This document shows positions 1 to 9,992 of a DNA stretch of 64,000 nt, one piece after another. The notes under the pieces are model-generated. The model did not search any database, had not been told where the DNA came from, and was given only the letters and a program-made list of their open reading frames with translations. How positions within the stretch are numbered: position 1 is the first letter of the stretch; each line of letters opens with the position of its first letter. Source of the stretch: an uncultured Bacteroidales bacterium (GTDB lineage Bacteria > Bacteroidota > Bacteroidia > Bacteroidales > Muribaculaceae); assembly GCA_946011725.1 (NCBI GenBank), contig CAMGBT010000004.1, forward strand, positions 2,422 through 66,421, read 5' to 3'. Position numbers and translations under genes: made by a program.

Positions 1-46
1 CGGGGAAGATGTTTTCGGTAGTAACCCCGATTTTACCTGTTGTCAT
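1..46 (-). CDS. htpG: Molecular chaperone HtpG, 5' end only (runs off window start)
   Basis: Reverse strand from ATG at 46 reads MTTGKIGVTTENIFP, matching the Bacteroidetes HtpG N-terminus (xxGxIGVTTENIFP). Only 15 codons visible. Confidence 0.85.
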   Translation of the reverse strand, partial: MTTGKIGVTTENIFP

Positions 47-337
47 AATATATGTGTAGATTTATGAGTTGTATTCTGCCGAATCAGTAGCAAAAAATGT
101 GCCACCGCGTCGAGCCTGCCAACTTGTCACCACGTCGGCGCGCCGCAGCTCGGCTTCCGCCTCGCCACACAACCCAAGGCTTCTTATTGGCGAGCGCGCC
201 GGTCCGGATATTTTGCGAAGTTTGCTTTTGCTCTCGGAAAAAAATCGCTCGCTAATGATTTGAAGATTTCGTGGCACGCGCCAAGGTGAATCCGCTTGCG
301 CGTGAGGTGAAGAAGCACGACCTCGAAGACAACCTCG

Positions 338-583
338 ATGTGTTCCGACTCGACTGGCCGTAGAATAGGATTTAAAGCGATTCACGCCACCGGAGTTGAT
401 GCCAAGAAGGGTAGGTTTAACTACAGGCTCCTGCGCCGGTTCACTAATTCGGATTGCTACAAACTCCACTCTAATGGCTGGTATGTACTCTCCAACGTGC
501 CGGTGGTGTCCGCTGCAATAGCGCTGAACGAACTCTTTGAAACCCTTAACCTCAGGTTAATAGCCTGTGTAATAGATAGATAG
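338..583 (+). CDS. Hypothetical 81-aa ORF, possibly a gene remnant
   Basis: Open frame ending 4 nt before the ATG of the acidic ORF. No recognisable motif. Confidence 0.3.
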   Translation: MCSDSTGRRIGFKAIHATGVDAKKGRFNYRLLRRFTNSDCYKLHSNGWYVLSNVPVVSAAIALNELFETLNLRLIACVIDR

Positions 584-587
584 CAAT

Positions 588-749
588 ATGGATTACGACG
601 ATTTAGGCACCTACAACGGCGAGGCCGAACACGACATGTGGGTGGATTACGACCAATATGTGAACACCGGCGAGCCGGACTATTTCGATGAGGAAATTGT
701 AGACGACGGATACGACTACGACGGCGAGCCGGATTCCGACTTCGACTGA
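588..749 (+). CDS. Small highly acidic protein (53 aa), below the ORF-track cutoff
   Basis: ATG588..TGA749 = MDYDDLGTYNGEAEHDMWVDYDQYVNTGEPDYFDEEIVDDGYDYDGEPDSDFD. 21 of 53 residues are D/E and there is no K/R. Confidence 0.65.
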   Translation: MDYDDLGTYNGEAEHDMWVDYDQYVNTGEPDYFDEEIVDDGYDYDGEPDSDFD

Positions 750-1084
750 AGGCACTCCTTCAGGGAACACTGGAATGGTTCTTTCCAGTGGCTGGATTAT
801 AGATGTAACTGTCATGACGGCCAACAGCGAAGCTGTTGCGTATACTCCTTAACCCCACATTGGCGAAGCCTATGTGGGGTTAACACACTGTATATCAATA
901 ATGTACCGCAGCGCGGTTCCAATTACTGAGTTACCGCCGGCTGATGATTTGGAACCGCTCTGCGGTTCGAGATTAGAGGGTGGCGAACAGGCCCCCACAA
1001 AGGCACTACACTCCGGGCGCTGCGCTTGCCCTGCGCTCTGTGCCATTGTGGGGCTGGGGGGTATTCGAAACCGCTCCGCGGTTC
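747..1084. repeat. Cluster of at least six inverted repeats/hairpins
   Basis: Stems: 747-752/757-762, 768-775/783-790, 822-828/832-838, 849-860/872-883, 905-922/949-966 (18 bp, 1 mismatch), 993-1006/1040-1053. Confidence 0.8.
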
Positions 1085-1240
1085 CTGTTATAATGATTTT
1101 AGTTGGCGCTTTGGCTGTATACCGAATCATGTGGATTTTTTGCTCACGTTCGAAACGCAGAACTTTTGCACAAAAATTCTGCGGCGGGTGTCACATTTTG
1201 TCGTATCATTCGTTTTATAAATGTAATATATATTCAAACG

Positions 1241-3334
1241 ATGAAAACTCACTATTTACTTCTCTTTGCGATGGCTTGCGCGGTACGGGTTGCGGCGCAA
1301 GATGCTCCTGCAGACACTGTTCAGACGCAGCAACTTAATGAAGTGGTGGTGGATGCGCAAATGCAGAGCGCTTCGCCCACGGCTCTCACTTATATTCCTA
1401 CGGCGCGGCAGAAAAATGCTTCGCAAACGGGTATGGATTTGCTGCGGCAGATGGCTATACCTCAGCTGCAAATCAATCCGGTAGAGAACTCGGTGAAATC
1501 GAATGCCGGCGAAGATGTGTCGCTGTTTATCAACTACTTGCCGGCTTCGCAGGAGGAGTTGGACGGCATGCGCACGGCTGATGTGCGCAAGGTTGAGTAC
1601 TTGGAATTCCCAACCGACCCACGCTTTCGCGGCGCAAAATGGGTGGTCAACTTCATCGTCTATGAGTATGAATACGGAGGCTACACCAAAGTCACTGCCG
1701 ATGAGGACTTCCTTATCGGGCTGTCGTCGCGAGTTAATGTGTTCAGCAAGTTCACTTTCAAGAAGTTGACCTACGACCTTTATGTGGCATCGAACAACTA
1801 CAACGACCACCATACGGCCAACAGTGCCGAGGCTCGTTACTCGTTGCTCGATGCCACCGGTACACCTTACACGCTCACGCGCACCGAGTTTGCCGACAAT
1901 GTGCATTTTCGCAAGAACCAGTTTCCGGTAACCTTACGTGCAACCTACAACACTGAGAAGCTGCAGATGCGCAATACCGTGGGCTACAACCATTCCTCTT
2001 ACCCGGTCAACACGCAAAGCGGTGCATTGACTTACTCGCCCAACGTGGCCGGCGGGTACACCTACTCGCGCACCAACCCGTCGCACAGTAACTCGCTGAG
2101 TTACAACGGCTCGTACTACGTTGTGCTGCCCAACGACTTCGCTGTGGATGCTTCGCCACAGTTCTCCTACACTCACACCAACGATGCGCTCACTTACAGC
2201 TCCTCTGCATCTGACCCGATTGTGCGCAATGCTCGCGAGAACGCATTCAATTATCGGCTTGACGCGTACCTCCACAAGCGCATTAATCAGCAGCACACGT
2301 TAGTGTTAGGCGGTTTCGGAGGTGAGTGGGCCAACCGACTGCGCTATTCCGGCGGCAGTTCATCATACGACCGCTTCCGAAGCTACTTTCTCGGCGGCTT
2401 GTTGAGTTACCAACTGAGGTTAGAATCCTTCCGCCTTTACTCTGATGCCGGCTTTTTATATGAGAAGAGCGACATCAATGGAATACAAAACGCTGACCGT
2501 TACCCCTTTGTACACGTCAACTTGAGCTACTCACCAAATTCGCATCACTCCGCAGACGCGTATTTCCAGTTTGCGAACAACACGCCGGGCATCGATTCCA
2601 AGGCCTCTGACTTGTTGCAGGACAACGAATATATGTACCTAACCGGCAATCCGTTGCTCGAAAACTCGCGCCACATCACCCTCAATCTCAGCTATGCGTG
2701 GATGCCGTCGAACCAACTATCGATGAGCGCTTACGGCAACTACTTTGAGCTGTTCGACCGCCAGATGACTATTTACCAACCCTATAACGATGGCAGCGCG
2801 TTGCTGCGCACATTCATCAACTCGGGCAACTATATGCAGGGGGAAATTGGTGTGTCGGCCAATGTGAAGCTGTTCGACAGCAAGCTACAAGTCTATCTCA
2901 GTCCGCGCCAGCGCTTTTACCGTTCGACCGGAGTGTATGACCGCTCATTCAACCCCTTCCAATTCCAAGCGCAAGCCACATACTATCTCGACCAATTCCA
3001 TTTCACGGCTTACTATATGACTCCGAACAAGATGATGTTTTCGAGTTCACCAAGAACATATCGCTCGCGCGATAATTATGGCATTGAAGCCGGCTGGGGC
3101 AATTCCGAGTGGAACGTGACCATAAGTGCTACCAACCTCTTCAATAGCAAGTGGGACGTGAGCGACCACTATATTGAATCCCCTTTGTACACCGAGCATC
3201 GCACGGGCTACGGCACCTCCTATCACGCCCAACTCAACCTGTCGGTAACCTACACCTTCGGCTACGGCAAGAAAGTGCAACGCGGCAACGAAGTAGGCGC
3301 ACAACAAGGCGCCGGCTCCGGCATCCTCAAATAA
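1241..3334 (+). CDS. Outer-membrane beta-barrel protein (TonB-dependent-receptor-like, OMP_b-brl_3 type)
   Basis: Signal peptide MKTHYLLLFAMACAVRVAAQ from ATG1241 (preferred over the 1103 start), an LNEVVV plug-like N-region, alternating aromatic beta strands and C-terminal LNLSVTYTFG. Confidence 0.85.
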   Translation: MKTHYLLLFAMACAVRVAAQDAPADTVQTQQLNEVVVDAQMQSASPTALTYIPTARQKNASQTGMDLLRQMAIPQLQINPVENSVKSNAGEDVSLFINYLPASQEELDGMRTADVRKVEYLEFPTDPRFRGAKWVVNFIVYEYEYGGYTKVTADEDFLIGLSSRVNVFSKFTFKKLTYDLYVASNNYNDHHTANSAEARYSLLDATGTPYTLTRTEFADNVHFRKNQFPVTLRATYNTEKLQMRNTVGYNHSSYPVNTQSGALTYSPNVAGGYTYSRTNPSHSNSLSYNGSYYVVLPNDFAVDASPQFSYTHTNDALTYSSSASDPIVRNARENAFNYRLDAYLHKRINQQHTLVLGGFGGEWANRLRYSGGSSSYDRFRSYFLGGLLSYQLRLESFRLYSDAGFLYEKSDINGIQNADRYPFVHVNLSYSPNSHHSADAYFQFANNTPGIDSKASDLLQDNEYMYLTGNPLLENSRHITLNLSYAWMPSNQLSMSAYGNYFELFDRQMTIYQPYNDGSALLRTFINSGNYMQGEIGVSANVKLFDSKLQVYLSPRQRFYRSTGVYDRSFNPFQFQAQATYYLDQFHFTAYYMTPNKMMFSSSPRTYRSRDNYGIEAGWGNSEWNVTISATNLFNSKWDVSDHYIESPLYTEHRTGYGTSYHAQLNLSVTYTFGYGKKVQRGNEVGAQQGAGSGILK

Positions 3335-3350
3335 TCACTACAGTAAACTA

Positions 3351-3383
3351 CAGAGCGGGCTCCCCATAGGGCAGCCCGCTCTG
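3351..3383. terminator. Bidirectional hairpin between the convergent OMP and clpC genes
   Basis: cagagcgggct (3351-3361) / agcccgctctg (3373-3383). Confidence 0.65.
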
Positions 3384-3400
3384 CGGTTATGTAGCCACTG

Positions 3401-5923
3401 TTAGAGAGTGGTGGCGGTGATTTTTTTGGTGGTAGGGTCGAAGTCGATGGAGAGGGTGTTGCCGTTGATGAGGGCGTTGGAGAGGATGAGCTCGGCGAGT
3501 TCGTCTTCGATGTACTTTTGGATTGCTCGTTTGAGGGGGCGAGCGCCGTATTGCGGGTCGTAGCCGGAGTCGGCGATGAATGATTTGGCGGCGTCGGAGA
3601 GTTGGAGGGTGAAGCCCATTTCGGCGAGGCGCTTTTGGAAGCCGGCGAGTTCGATGTCGATGATTTTGTAGATCGCTTCGCGCGAGAGGGAGTCGAACAT
3701 GATGATGTCGTCGACGCGGTTGAGGAACTCGGGCGAGAAAGCCTTGTTGAGGGCTTTGCGGATGACGGCGTGTTGGGCGTCGGCGTCGGAGGATTGCGTG
3801 GCAAAGCCTACGCCGGTGCCGAAGTCTTTGAGCTGACGGGTGCCGATGTTCGAGGTCATGATGATGATAGTGTTCTTGAAATCGATACGGCGACCCATGC
3901 TGTCGGTGAGGCGACCTTCGTCGAGCACTTGGAGCAGGAGGTTGAACACATCGGGGTGCGCTTTCTCGATTTCGTCGAGCAGGACCACGGAGTAGGGGTG
4001 ACGGCGCACGGCTTCGGTGAGTTGACCGCCTTCATCGTAGCCCACGTAGCCCGGAGGCGCGCCAACTAAGCGCGACACGGTGAATTTCTCCATATATTCG
4101 CTCATGTCGATGCGGATGAGGGTGTCGGCGGAGTCGAACAGGAATTCGGCTAACTTCTTGGCCAAGTGGGTCTTGCCCACGCCGGTCGGGCCGAGGAACA
4201 TGAATGTGCCAATGGGCTTGTTGGGGTCTTTGAGGCCGATGCGGTTGCGGCGGATGGCTTTGGCTATCTTTTCGATAGCTTCGTCTTGGCCGATGATGGC
4301 TTTTTGAAGGGTGGGGGCCATCTCCATCAGGCGCATGCCTTCGGCTTGGGCCACACGCTGCACGGGCACACCGGTCATCATGGCCACTACTTCGGCCACC
4401 TTGTCTTGGTCCACGACCGCGCGATTGTTTTCGAGGTCGGCTTCCCAGCGAGCGCGGGCGGCAGCCAATTCCTCGGTGAGCTGATTGGCACGGTCGCGCC
4501 AACTTGCGGCCAGCTCGAAGTTCTGTGAGTGAGCGGCTTGTAGTTTGCGTGCTGTGGCGTCGGCAAGTTGAGCTTCGAGTTGGTCGATTTCTTCGGGCAC
4601 GGCCACGTTGGTGATGTGGGCGCGTGCGCCGGTTTCGTCGAGGGCGTCGATGGCCTTGTCGGGGAAGTTGCGGTCGGAGATGTATCGTTCAGTGAGTTTT
4701 ACACAAGCGAGTAAAGCATCATCAGTGTAAGTCACATTGTGATGCTGCTCGTATTTCTCCTTAATATTGTTGAGGATTACGAGTGTTTGTTCGGCAGTGG
4801 TGGGTTCGACCATTACCTTTTGGAATCGGCGTTCGAGTGCGCCGTCTTTTTCGATGTTTACGCGGTATTCATCGAGGGTGGTGGCGCCGATGCATTGCAG
4901 CTCACCGCGCGCGAGCGCGGGTTTGAGCATATTGGCAGCATCCATAGAGCCTTGGGCATTGCCGGCGCCGACGATGGTGTGGATTTCGTCGATGAAAAGG
5001 ATGATGTCGCGATTTTTCGAGAGCTCGGCAACGATGGCCTTCATGCGCTCTTCGAACTCGCCGCGATACTTGGTGCCGGCCACGATTGAAGCCATGTCGA
5101 GCGCTACCACGCGCTTGTTGAAGAGCACGCGGGGCACTTGGCGATGGTTGATGCGCAGGGCGAGGCCTTCAACGATGGCCGACTTGCCCACACCGGGCTC
5201 ACCGATGAGCACGGGGTTGTTTTTCTTGCGGCGCGAGAGAATCTGAGCCAGACGTTCGATTTCGGTTTCGCGGCCGACCACCGGGTCGAGCGAGCCGTTG
5301 GCGGCAGCTTTGGTCATGTCGATACCGAATTTGTCTAGCATGGGTGTGTCGCCGGCCGACGAGCGCGCGCCTTTGGTCGGTTTTTTGGCAAATTTGGACG
5401 ACTGGAACGGTTCAGTGGGTTCGAGCACGTCGCCGGAGTCTTCGGCATCCGATGCTTCGGGCGGTTCAGGTTTGGCCGAACCGCGGAGCTGACGCATGGC
5501 GCCTTTGAGGTCGTCGTAGGTCATGCCGGCGGAGAAGAACGGCTTGAAGTCGTCCATGGATTGCACTTCGTAGTTGCGGAAAATGGTGAGCAACACGTGT
5601 GAGGGTTCCACCACCGTGTCGCCCCAAGTGCGGGCTTCGAGGGCTGAGAGCTTGATGATGCGCGAGGTGAGTTCGTCGGTGTAGCCTTTGAAGGTGTTGA
5701 CCGGCGATATTTGTATGGAGTTGTTGTCGAGGTCGGTAAGCAGTTCGGCCAGACGGAGCGGCTGCACCACTGACGAAGCCACGCGATACGCTTCGCCGTT
5801 GGAATCGGCGAGGATTGCAAGCAGCAGGTGAGCGATGGTGACGTACTCGCTGTTATGGCGGCGCGCTTGGCGCTCTGCTTCGGCTATGACAGCTTTGAAA
5901 TTATCGGAGAATTTTGTTTCCAT
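3401..5923 (-). CDS. clpC: ATP-dependent Clp protease ATP-binding subunit ClpC
   Basis: Clp N-domain, two AAA+ modules ([16 protein letters not shown]), UVR-type coiled coil, GAPPGYVGY and [10 protein letters not shown]. 840 aa. Confidence 0.97.
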   Translation of the reverse strand: METKFSDNFKAVIAEAERQARRHNSEYVTIAHLLLAILADSNGEAYRVASSVVQPLRLAELLTDLDNNSIQISPVNTFKGYTDELTSRIIKLSALEARTWGDTVVEPSHVLLTIFRNYEVQSMDDFKPFFSAGMTYDDLKGAMRQLRGSAKPEPPEASDAEDSGDVLEPTEPFQSSKFAKKPTKGARSSAGDTPMLDKFGIDMTKAAANGSLDPVVGRETEIERLAQILSRRKKNNPVLIGEPGVGKSAIVEGLALRINHRQVPRVLFNKRVVALDMASIVAGTKYRGEFEERMKAIVAELSKNRDIILFIDEIHTIVGAGNAQGSMDAANMLKPALARGELQCIGATTLDEYRVNIEKDGALERRFQKVMVEPTTAEQTLVILNNIKEKYEQHHNVTYTDDALLACVKLTERYISDRNFPDKAIDALDETGARAHITNVAVPEEIDQLEAQLADATARKLQAAHSQNFELAASWRDRANQLTEELAAARARWEADLENNRAVVDQDKVAEVVAMMTGVPVQRVAQAEGMRLMEMAPTLQKAIIGQDEAIEKIAKAIRRNRIGLKDPNKPIGTFMFLGPTGVGKTHLAKKLAEFLFDSADTLIRIDMSEYMEKFTVSRLVGAPPGYVGYDEGGQLTEAVRRHPYSVVLLDEIEKAHPDVFNLLLQVLDEGRLTDSMGRRIDFKNTIIIMTSNIGTRQLKDFGTGVGFATQSSDADAQHAVIRKALNKAFSPEFLNRVDDIIMFDSLSREAIYKIIDIELAGFQKRLAEMGFTLQLSDAAKSFIADSGYDPQYGARPLKRAIQKYIEDELAELILSNALINGNTLSIDFDPTTKKITATTL

Positions 5924-5993
5924 TATTAGAAGAAGGGCTGTTGGATAGGCAGCCGCAAAAAGTTAGGCAAAATTCGTGCCAGTGTGAAAAATG

Positions 5994-7163
5994 TCACTTT
6001 TTGATGCCTTTGACGCCTCCTTTGACACCGCCGCCCATGGCGAAGATGTTTTGATTGAAGGTGAGAGTCTTTTTGGCGAGTTCGCGTTGACGCTTGAGGG
6101 CGAGCTTCACAAGGCGGTCCATAAGATTTTCGAAGCTGAGGCCTGCGGCTTCCCAGAGGTAGTAGGAGAGCGAGCCGGGGATGGTGTTGATTTCGTTGAC
6201 GTACACCTTGTTGGTGTCGGCATCGATGAGCAGGTCCACGCGGCTCACGCCGTGGCACGACAGCACGCGGAAGGTTTCGCCGGCCAAACGGCGGCATTCG
6301 GCGGTAAGTTCGTCGGACAGCTCGGCGGGAATGCGCTTCTGTGCGGCGTGCATGCCGCCGGCCATGTATTTATCGGTGTAGGAGAGGATTTCGTCGGCTT
6401 TGATGGGCTCTTCGAGCACGGAGGTCTCGAACTCATCAGCATCGCCGAGCACCGAGCAGTTGATTTCGCGCATGTTGGTAACCATGTGCTCAACCACCAG
6501 GCGGTTGGAGAACTTGGCGGCGTTGTCCAAGCGCGAGGTGAGTTCGTCGGCATTGTGGGCGGCGCCGATGCCGATGCTCGATCCGAGGTCGGCAGGCTTC
6601 ACGATTACGGGGTAACCGAGTTCTTTCTCGATTTTGGCGATGTATTTGTTGCGGTCATTGAGCCATTGATGGTCGGTGAGCCAAACATAATCCACCACGG
6701 GAATGCCGTCGGCACGCAGAATCATTTTCATGGTGATTTTGTCCATGCCGTTGGCCGATGCCAATGTGTTGCAACCGGCATAGGGGATGCCGATGGTTTC
6801 GAGCAGGCCTTCGAATTTGCCGTCTTCCATGTTGGTGCCATGGAGTACGGGCACGGCCACGTCGATGGTGGTAAGCACGTCGGAACCGAACATCGGGCGC
6901 TTCACCTTGTAGATGTTAAGGTCGCCGTAAACGGGACGCATGTACACCTCGGTGCACTTGGCCAGGAGCGCGGGGATATTGCGATAGTTGGCGATGGTGA
7001 GCAACTCGCGACCGGTGTACCAGCGGCCCTCTTTGGATATATAGATGGGGATGATTTCGTATTTGTCGGGGTTGAAAGCGTTGATGGCTTGGTTGGCCGA
7101 GATTACGGAGATTTCGTGCTCGGTGGAGCGGCCACCGAAGAATACAGCTACTTTGGTTTTCAT
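5994..7163 (-). CDS. ddl: D-alanine--D-alanine ligase family protein
   Basis: FGGRSTEHEIS, PVLHGTNMEDG, VIVKPADLGSSIG, EINTIPGS. Confidence 0.9.
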   Translation of the reverse strand: MKTKVAVFFGGRSTEHEISVISANQAINAFNPDKYEIIPIYISKEGRWYTGRELLTIANYRNIPALLAKCTEVYMRPVYGDLNIYKVKRPMFGSDVLTTIDVAVPVLHGTNMEDGKFEGLLETIGIPYAGCNTLASANGMDKITMKMILRADGIPVVDYVWLTDHQWLNDRNKYIAKIEKELGYPVIVKPADLGSSIGIGAAHNADELTSRLDNAAKFSNRLVVEHMVTNMREINCSVLGDADEFETSVLEEPIKADEILSYTDKYMAGGMHAAQKRIPAELSDELTAECRRLAGETFRVLSCHGVSRVDLLIDADTNKVYVNEINTIPGSLSYYLWEAAGLSFENLMDRLVKLALKRQRELAKKTLTFNQNIFAMGGGVKGGVKGIKK

Positions 7164-7182
7164 ATCTTGGTTAGAAATTGTA

Positions 7183-8751
7183 TCATTTAAATGTGTCGGG
7201 GAGGTCGTTTTCGTAGAGCACCGTGTCGCCGGGTTTGACCATAGTTACGAGCAACTCTTGCGCTTTGGCAAACGATTCGACTTGGAAAATCTTGTCTTGG
7301 GGCAGCTCGTCGGCATCGATGATGCCTTCGGTGATTGCTTCGCGGTTGTAATGGCCCACGATGATGGCGATGTCGACGTTCTTGGCGATGGCTTCGCCGA
7401 ATTCGCGGTTGAGTTGGTATTGTTGTTCGCCCAGCTCAATCATGCCGGGAGTGATAACGATGCGTTGACCCTCGGTGAATGTGGCAAGCACTTCGAGAGC
7501 CATGCGCGAGCCCACGGGGTTGGAGTTGAATGCGTCGTCCAAGATGGTGATGCCGCCGGGAGTGCGCTTCACCGACAGACGGTGCTCCACCGGTTCGATG
7601 GCGGCCACGGCTTGAGCAATCTTGCGGTCGGGCACGCCCATAAGGTGGGCGGCTACGGCGGCGGCCAACAGGTCGCTGACGTTGCATTCGCCCATGAGGC
7701 GAGTCGACAGGTCGATGCGCCAATTGTCGGGACCGACGATGGCGAAGGTGGTGCCGTGCGAGGAGTATTTCACGTCAACGGCGCGATAGTCGGCATTGGC
7801 CTTCACGCCATAGCGGGCGCAGGAGGCGTTGGTCACTTCGCGGTTGGCGATGTGCTCGAAATCGTTATTGATGATGGCCACGCCGTCGGCGGGTAGCGCG
7901 TCGGCCAGTTCGAATTTGGCCTTCTGCACGTTCTCAATGGTCTTGAACGATTCCAAGTGCTGCGGACCCACGGCAGTGATGATGCCCATAGTGGGACGCA
8001 CCAGGTCGCAAATCTCATTGACATCGCCGCGGGCTTTGGCACCCATTTCCACGATGAACACCTCGTTGTATGGCTTGAGGTATTCGCGGATGGTGCGCAC
8101 CACACCCAAGGTGGTGTTGAAGCTGCCCGGAGTCATCAGCGTGTCGAACTGCTCCGAAAGAATGGCATGGAGATAGTGCTTGGTGCTGGTCTTGCCGTAG
8201 CTGCCGGTGATGCCGATGATTTTCAAATCGGGCATCGAGCGCAGACGCTTGGCGGCATCGTTGTAGTACCAACGGCTAATCAATGCTTCCACCGGTGAGA
8301 GAATCACCCCGGCTGCACATATAATAATATGTGAGGCCACGAAGGTAAGCGCCAACGCCACGGGTAAGCACTCCATTCCGAAGATGAAGTATGTGGCAAG
8401 CCATATACCCACGTTCAAGGCCGAGCCCACGCCATAAAGGCGGCAAGCGCGAGCGGTCCACACAAGTGGTTTCTTATACTTGGCGCGTAAGAGCACTATC
8501 GACTGAACCACGCCGAGTATTGCCACTAACAAGCATGCCGGCTTGGGCGGGCAGAATGTGGTGAGCGAAAGCAGCAGCACCAGCAGCCCGATGATGCGCG
8601 AGCCGGAGGTGGAATCGTGGCTCGACGCTAACCAGCGGCGGTAGCGGTCGATGCGGTAGGAATTCTGTTGAAACATCATCAGCACGCGCTTGAGCTCCAA
8701 CTGTGAGAGTAATCCGGCGCAGGCGAGTGCGGCTAATACGTAGTAAATCAT
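7183..8751 (-). CDS. murF: MurF-like Mur ligase with an N-terminal multi-TM extension
   Basis: GITGSYGKTSTK P-loop, EMGA, DDAFNSNP. About 170 N-terminal residues contain several hydrophobic segments. Adjacent to ddl. Confidence 0.8.
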   Translation of the reverse strand: MIYYVLAALACAGLLSQLELKRVLMMFQQNSYRIDRYRRWLASSHDSTSGSRIIGLLVLLLSLTTFCPPKPACLLVAILGVVQSIVLLRAKYKKPLVWTARACRLYGVGSALNVGIWLATYFIFGMECLPVALALTFVASHIIICAAGVILSPVEALISRWYYNDAAKRLRSMPDLKIIGITGSYGKTSTKHYLHAILSEQFDTLMTPGSFNTTLGVVRTIREYLKPYNEVFIVEMGAKARGDVNEICDLVRPTMGIITAVGPQHLESFKTIENVQKAKFELADALPADGVAIINNDFEHIANREVTNASCARYGVKANADYRAVDVKYSSHGTTFAIVGPDNWRIDLSTRLMGECNVSDLLAAAVAAHLMGVPDRKIAQAVAAIEPVEHRLSVKRTPGGITILDDAFNSNPVGSRMALEVLATFTEGQRIVITPGMIELGEQQYQLNREFGEAIAKNVDIAIIVGHYNREAITEGIIDADELPQDKIFQVESFAKAQELLVTMVKPGDTVLYENDLPDTFK

Positions 8752-9521
8752 TTCGTTGCGGAATTATTGAGGAAGCGCTTGATGGCGGCTTCGGTGGCGT
8801 AAGGGTTATCGAGGAAACTGTAGTGGCCGGCGCCGGGGAAGGAGACGAGCTGCGCACCGGGTATGAGGCGCTGCATGATGCGGGCGTCGCGCATGGGGGT
8901 GGCGGTGTCGTTCTCGCCCCAAATCAGCAGGGTGGGGGCCTTGATTTGCGGCATCTCCGGGCGTAGGTCGCGGCGGATGGAGCGCACCATGATTTGGCGC
9001 ATCACCGGCGAGGAGTTGCGATAGTCGGCCGACCCGCTTTGCGCACGGCGGCGTTCAATCAGCTCGTTGGCCTTCTGCTTGCCGAGAATCAGCGGCGCGA
9101 GGTATCGCATCAGCTTATAAGTGTACACCTTATAATAATACTTGAGCGAATGGCGAGGAGGCACACCGGCGGCATCGACCAGAATTATGCGGCTCACGGC
9201 GTTGCGCGAGGCGTACAGAATGGCGATGCGGCCGCCATAGGAGTGGCCGAGCAGCGCGGGCGATTCAATGTGCAACTGCTTAACAAACTGTTCGAGCAAC
9301 TGAGCATACTCCTCCACACCCCAGTGGGCCGGCGGCTCTGTGGATTGGCCGAAGCCGGGAAGGTCGAGGTTGTAGACAGTGTGCGACAGGGCGCATACCC
9401 GCTCCAGCGAGGCGAGGGTGGTGCAGTTGCATCCCCAGCCATGCATCAAAATCATGGCCGGACCCGAGCCCGACAGGCGGTAGTGCAGGTTGATATTGCT
9501 GATTTCGACAGTCTGTTCCAT
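8748..9521 (-). CDS. Alpha/beta hydrolase
   Basis: LMHGWG, DLPGFG, GHSYGG nucleophile elbow, C-terminal GH. ATG9521 preferred because the TTG start at 9545 overlaps the promoter motif. 4-nt overlap with murF. Confidence 0.92.
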   Translation of the reverse strand: MEQTVEISNINLHYRLSGSGPAMILMHGWGCNCTTLASLERVCALSHTVYNLDLPGFGQSTEPPAHWGVEEYAQLLEQFVKQLHIESPALLGHSYGGRIAILYASRNAVSRIILVDAAGVPPRHSLKYYYKVYTYKLMRYLAPLILGKQKANELIERRRAQSGSADYRNSSPVMRQIMVRSIRRDLRPEMPQIKAPTLLIWGENDTATPMRDARIMQRLIPGAQLVSFPGAGHYSFLDNPYATEAAIKRFLNNSATK

Positions 9522-9895
9522 TTGCTTTGTTCTATCAAACTGCAAAGTTACGATTTTCTTTTGAAATACTGAAGCGTTTCAGCGGAAAATCCCCGCCGCA
9601 AACTAAATCAACGCCAAAATTTTGCTACGAAAACCAAAAATTATGACAATTTTTAGCACTCCGTTTACGGTCAGTGCCGACTACGAGCAAGTGTTGCGCG
9701 CGCGACAGGCTTTCGTAAGTGAACACTTCGGCTAGCGATACAATGTGCAGATGACCTTGGTCAGTGCCCTCGGGCTTGCCTTTGGTAAGCACAGTGGCAT
9801 ATTCCAAAACAGTGTCACTATTGATGATTTATTCACTTAAATAAATTTTCATAGAAATTTTTGGGCTGAAATGGTGCAGATTGAAAAAAATGCGC

Positions 9896-9903
9896 TATCT
9901 TTG
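9896..9903 (+). promoter_or_regulatory. Bacteroidetes sigma-ABfr -7 element (TAnnTTTG) for yitT-cdsA-GH9
   Basis: TATCTTTG about 90 nt upstream of ATG9993. Confidence 0.65.
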
Positions 9904-9992
9904 CAAAGAATTTCCAGCCGGGAATCGTTTTCGGCCTTAAATCGGAATGCTTACTAACTAATTAATCTTGAATCTGCACAGATTTTCAACCG

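Noticed and set aside
259-363. Frame reading FEDFVARAKVNPLAREVKKHDLEDNLDVFRLDWP*
   Set aside because: Protein-like but start-less and too short to assign. At most a remnant.
1103-1240. Upstream extended starts given by the ORF track (OMP 1103, GH9 11661, integrase 43836, porin 40478, ligase 50745)
   Set aside because: Downstream ATGs give proper signal peptides or family-typical N-termini, and the extensions overlap promoters or neighbouring genes.
9560-9990. ncRNA or small ORF (9625-9807) in the hydrolase-yitT divergent intergenic region
   Set aside because: No recognisable tmRNA, RNase P, SRP or 6S signature, and the ORF has no motif or supporting context.
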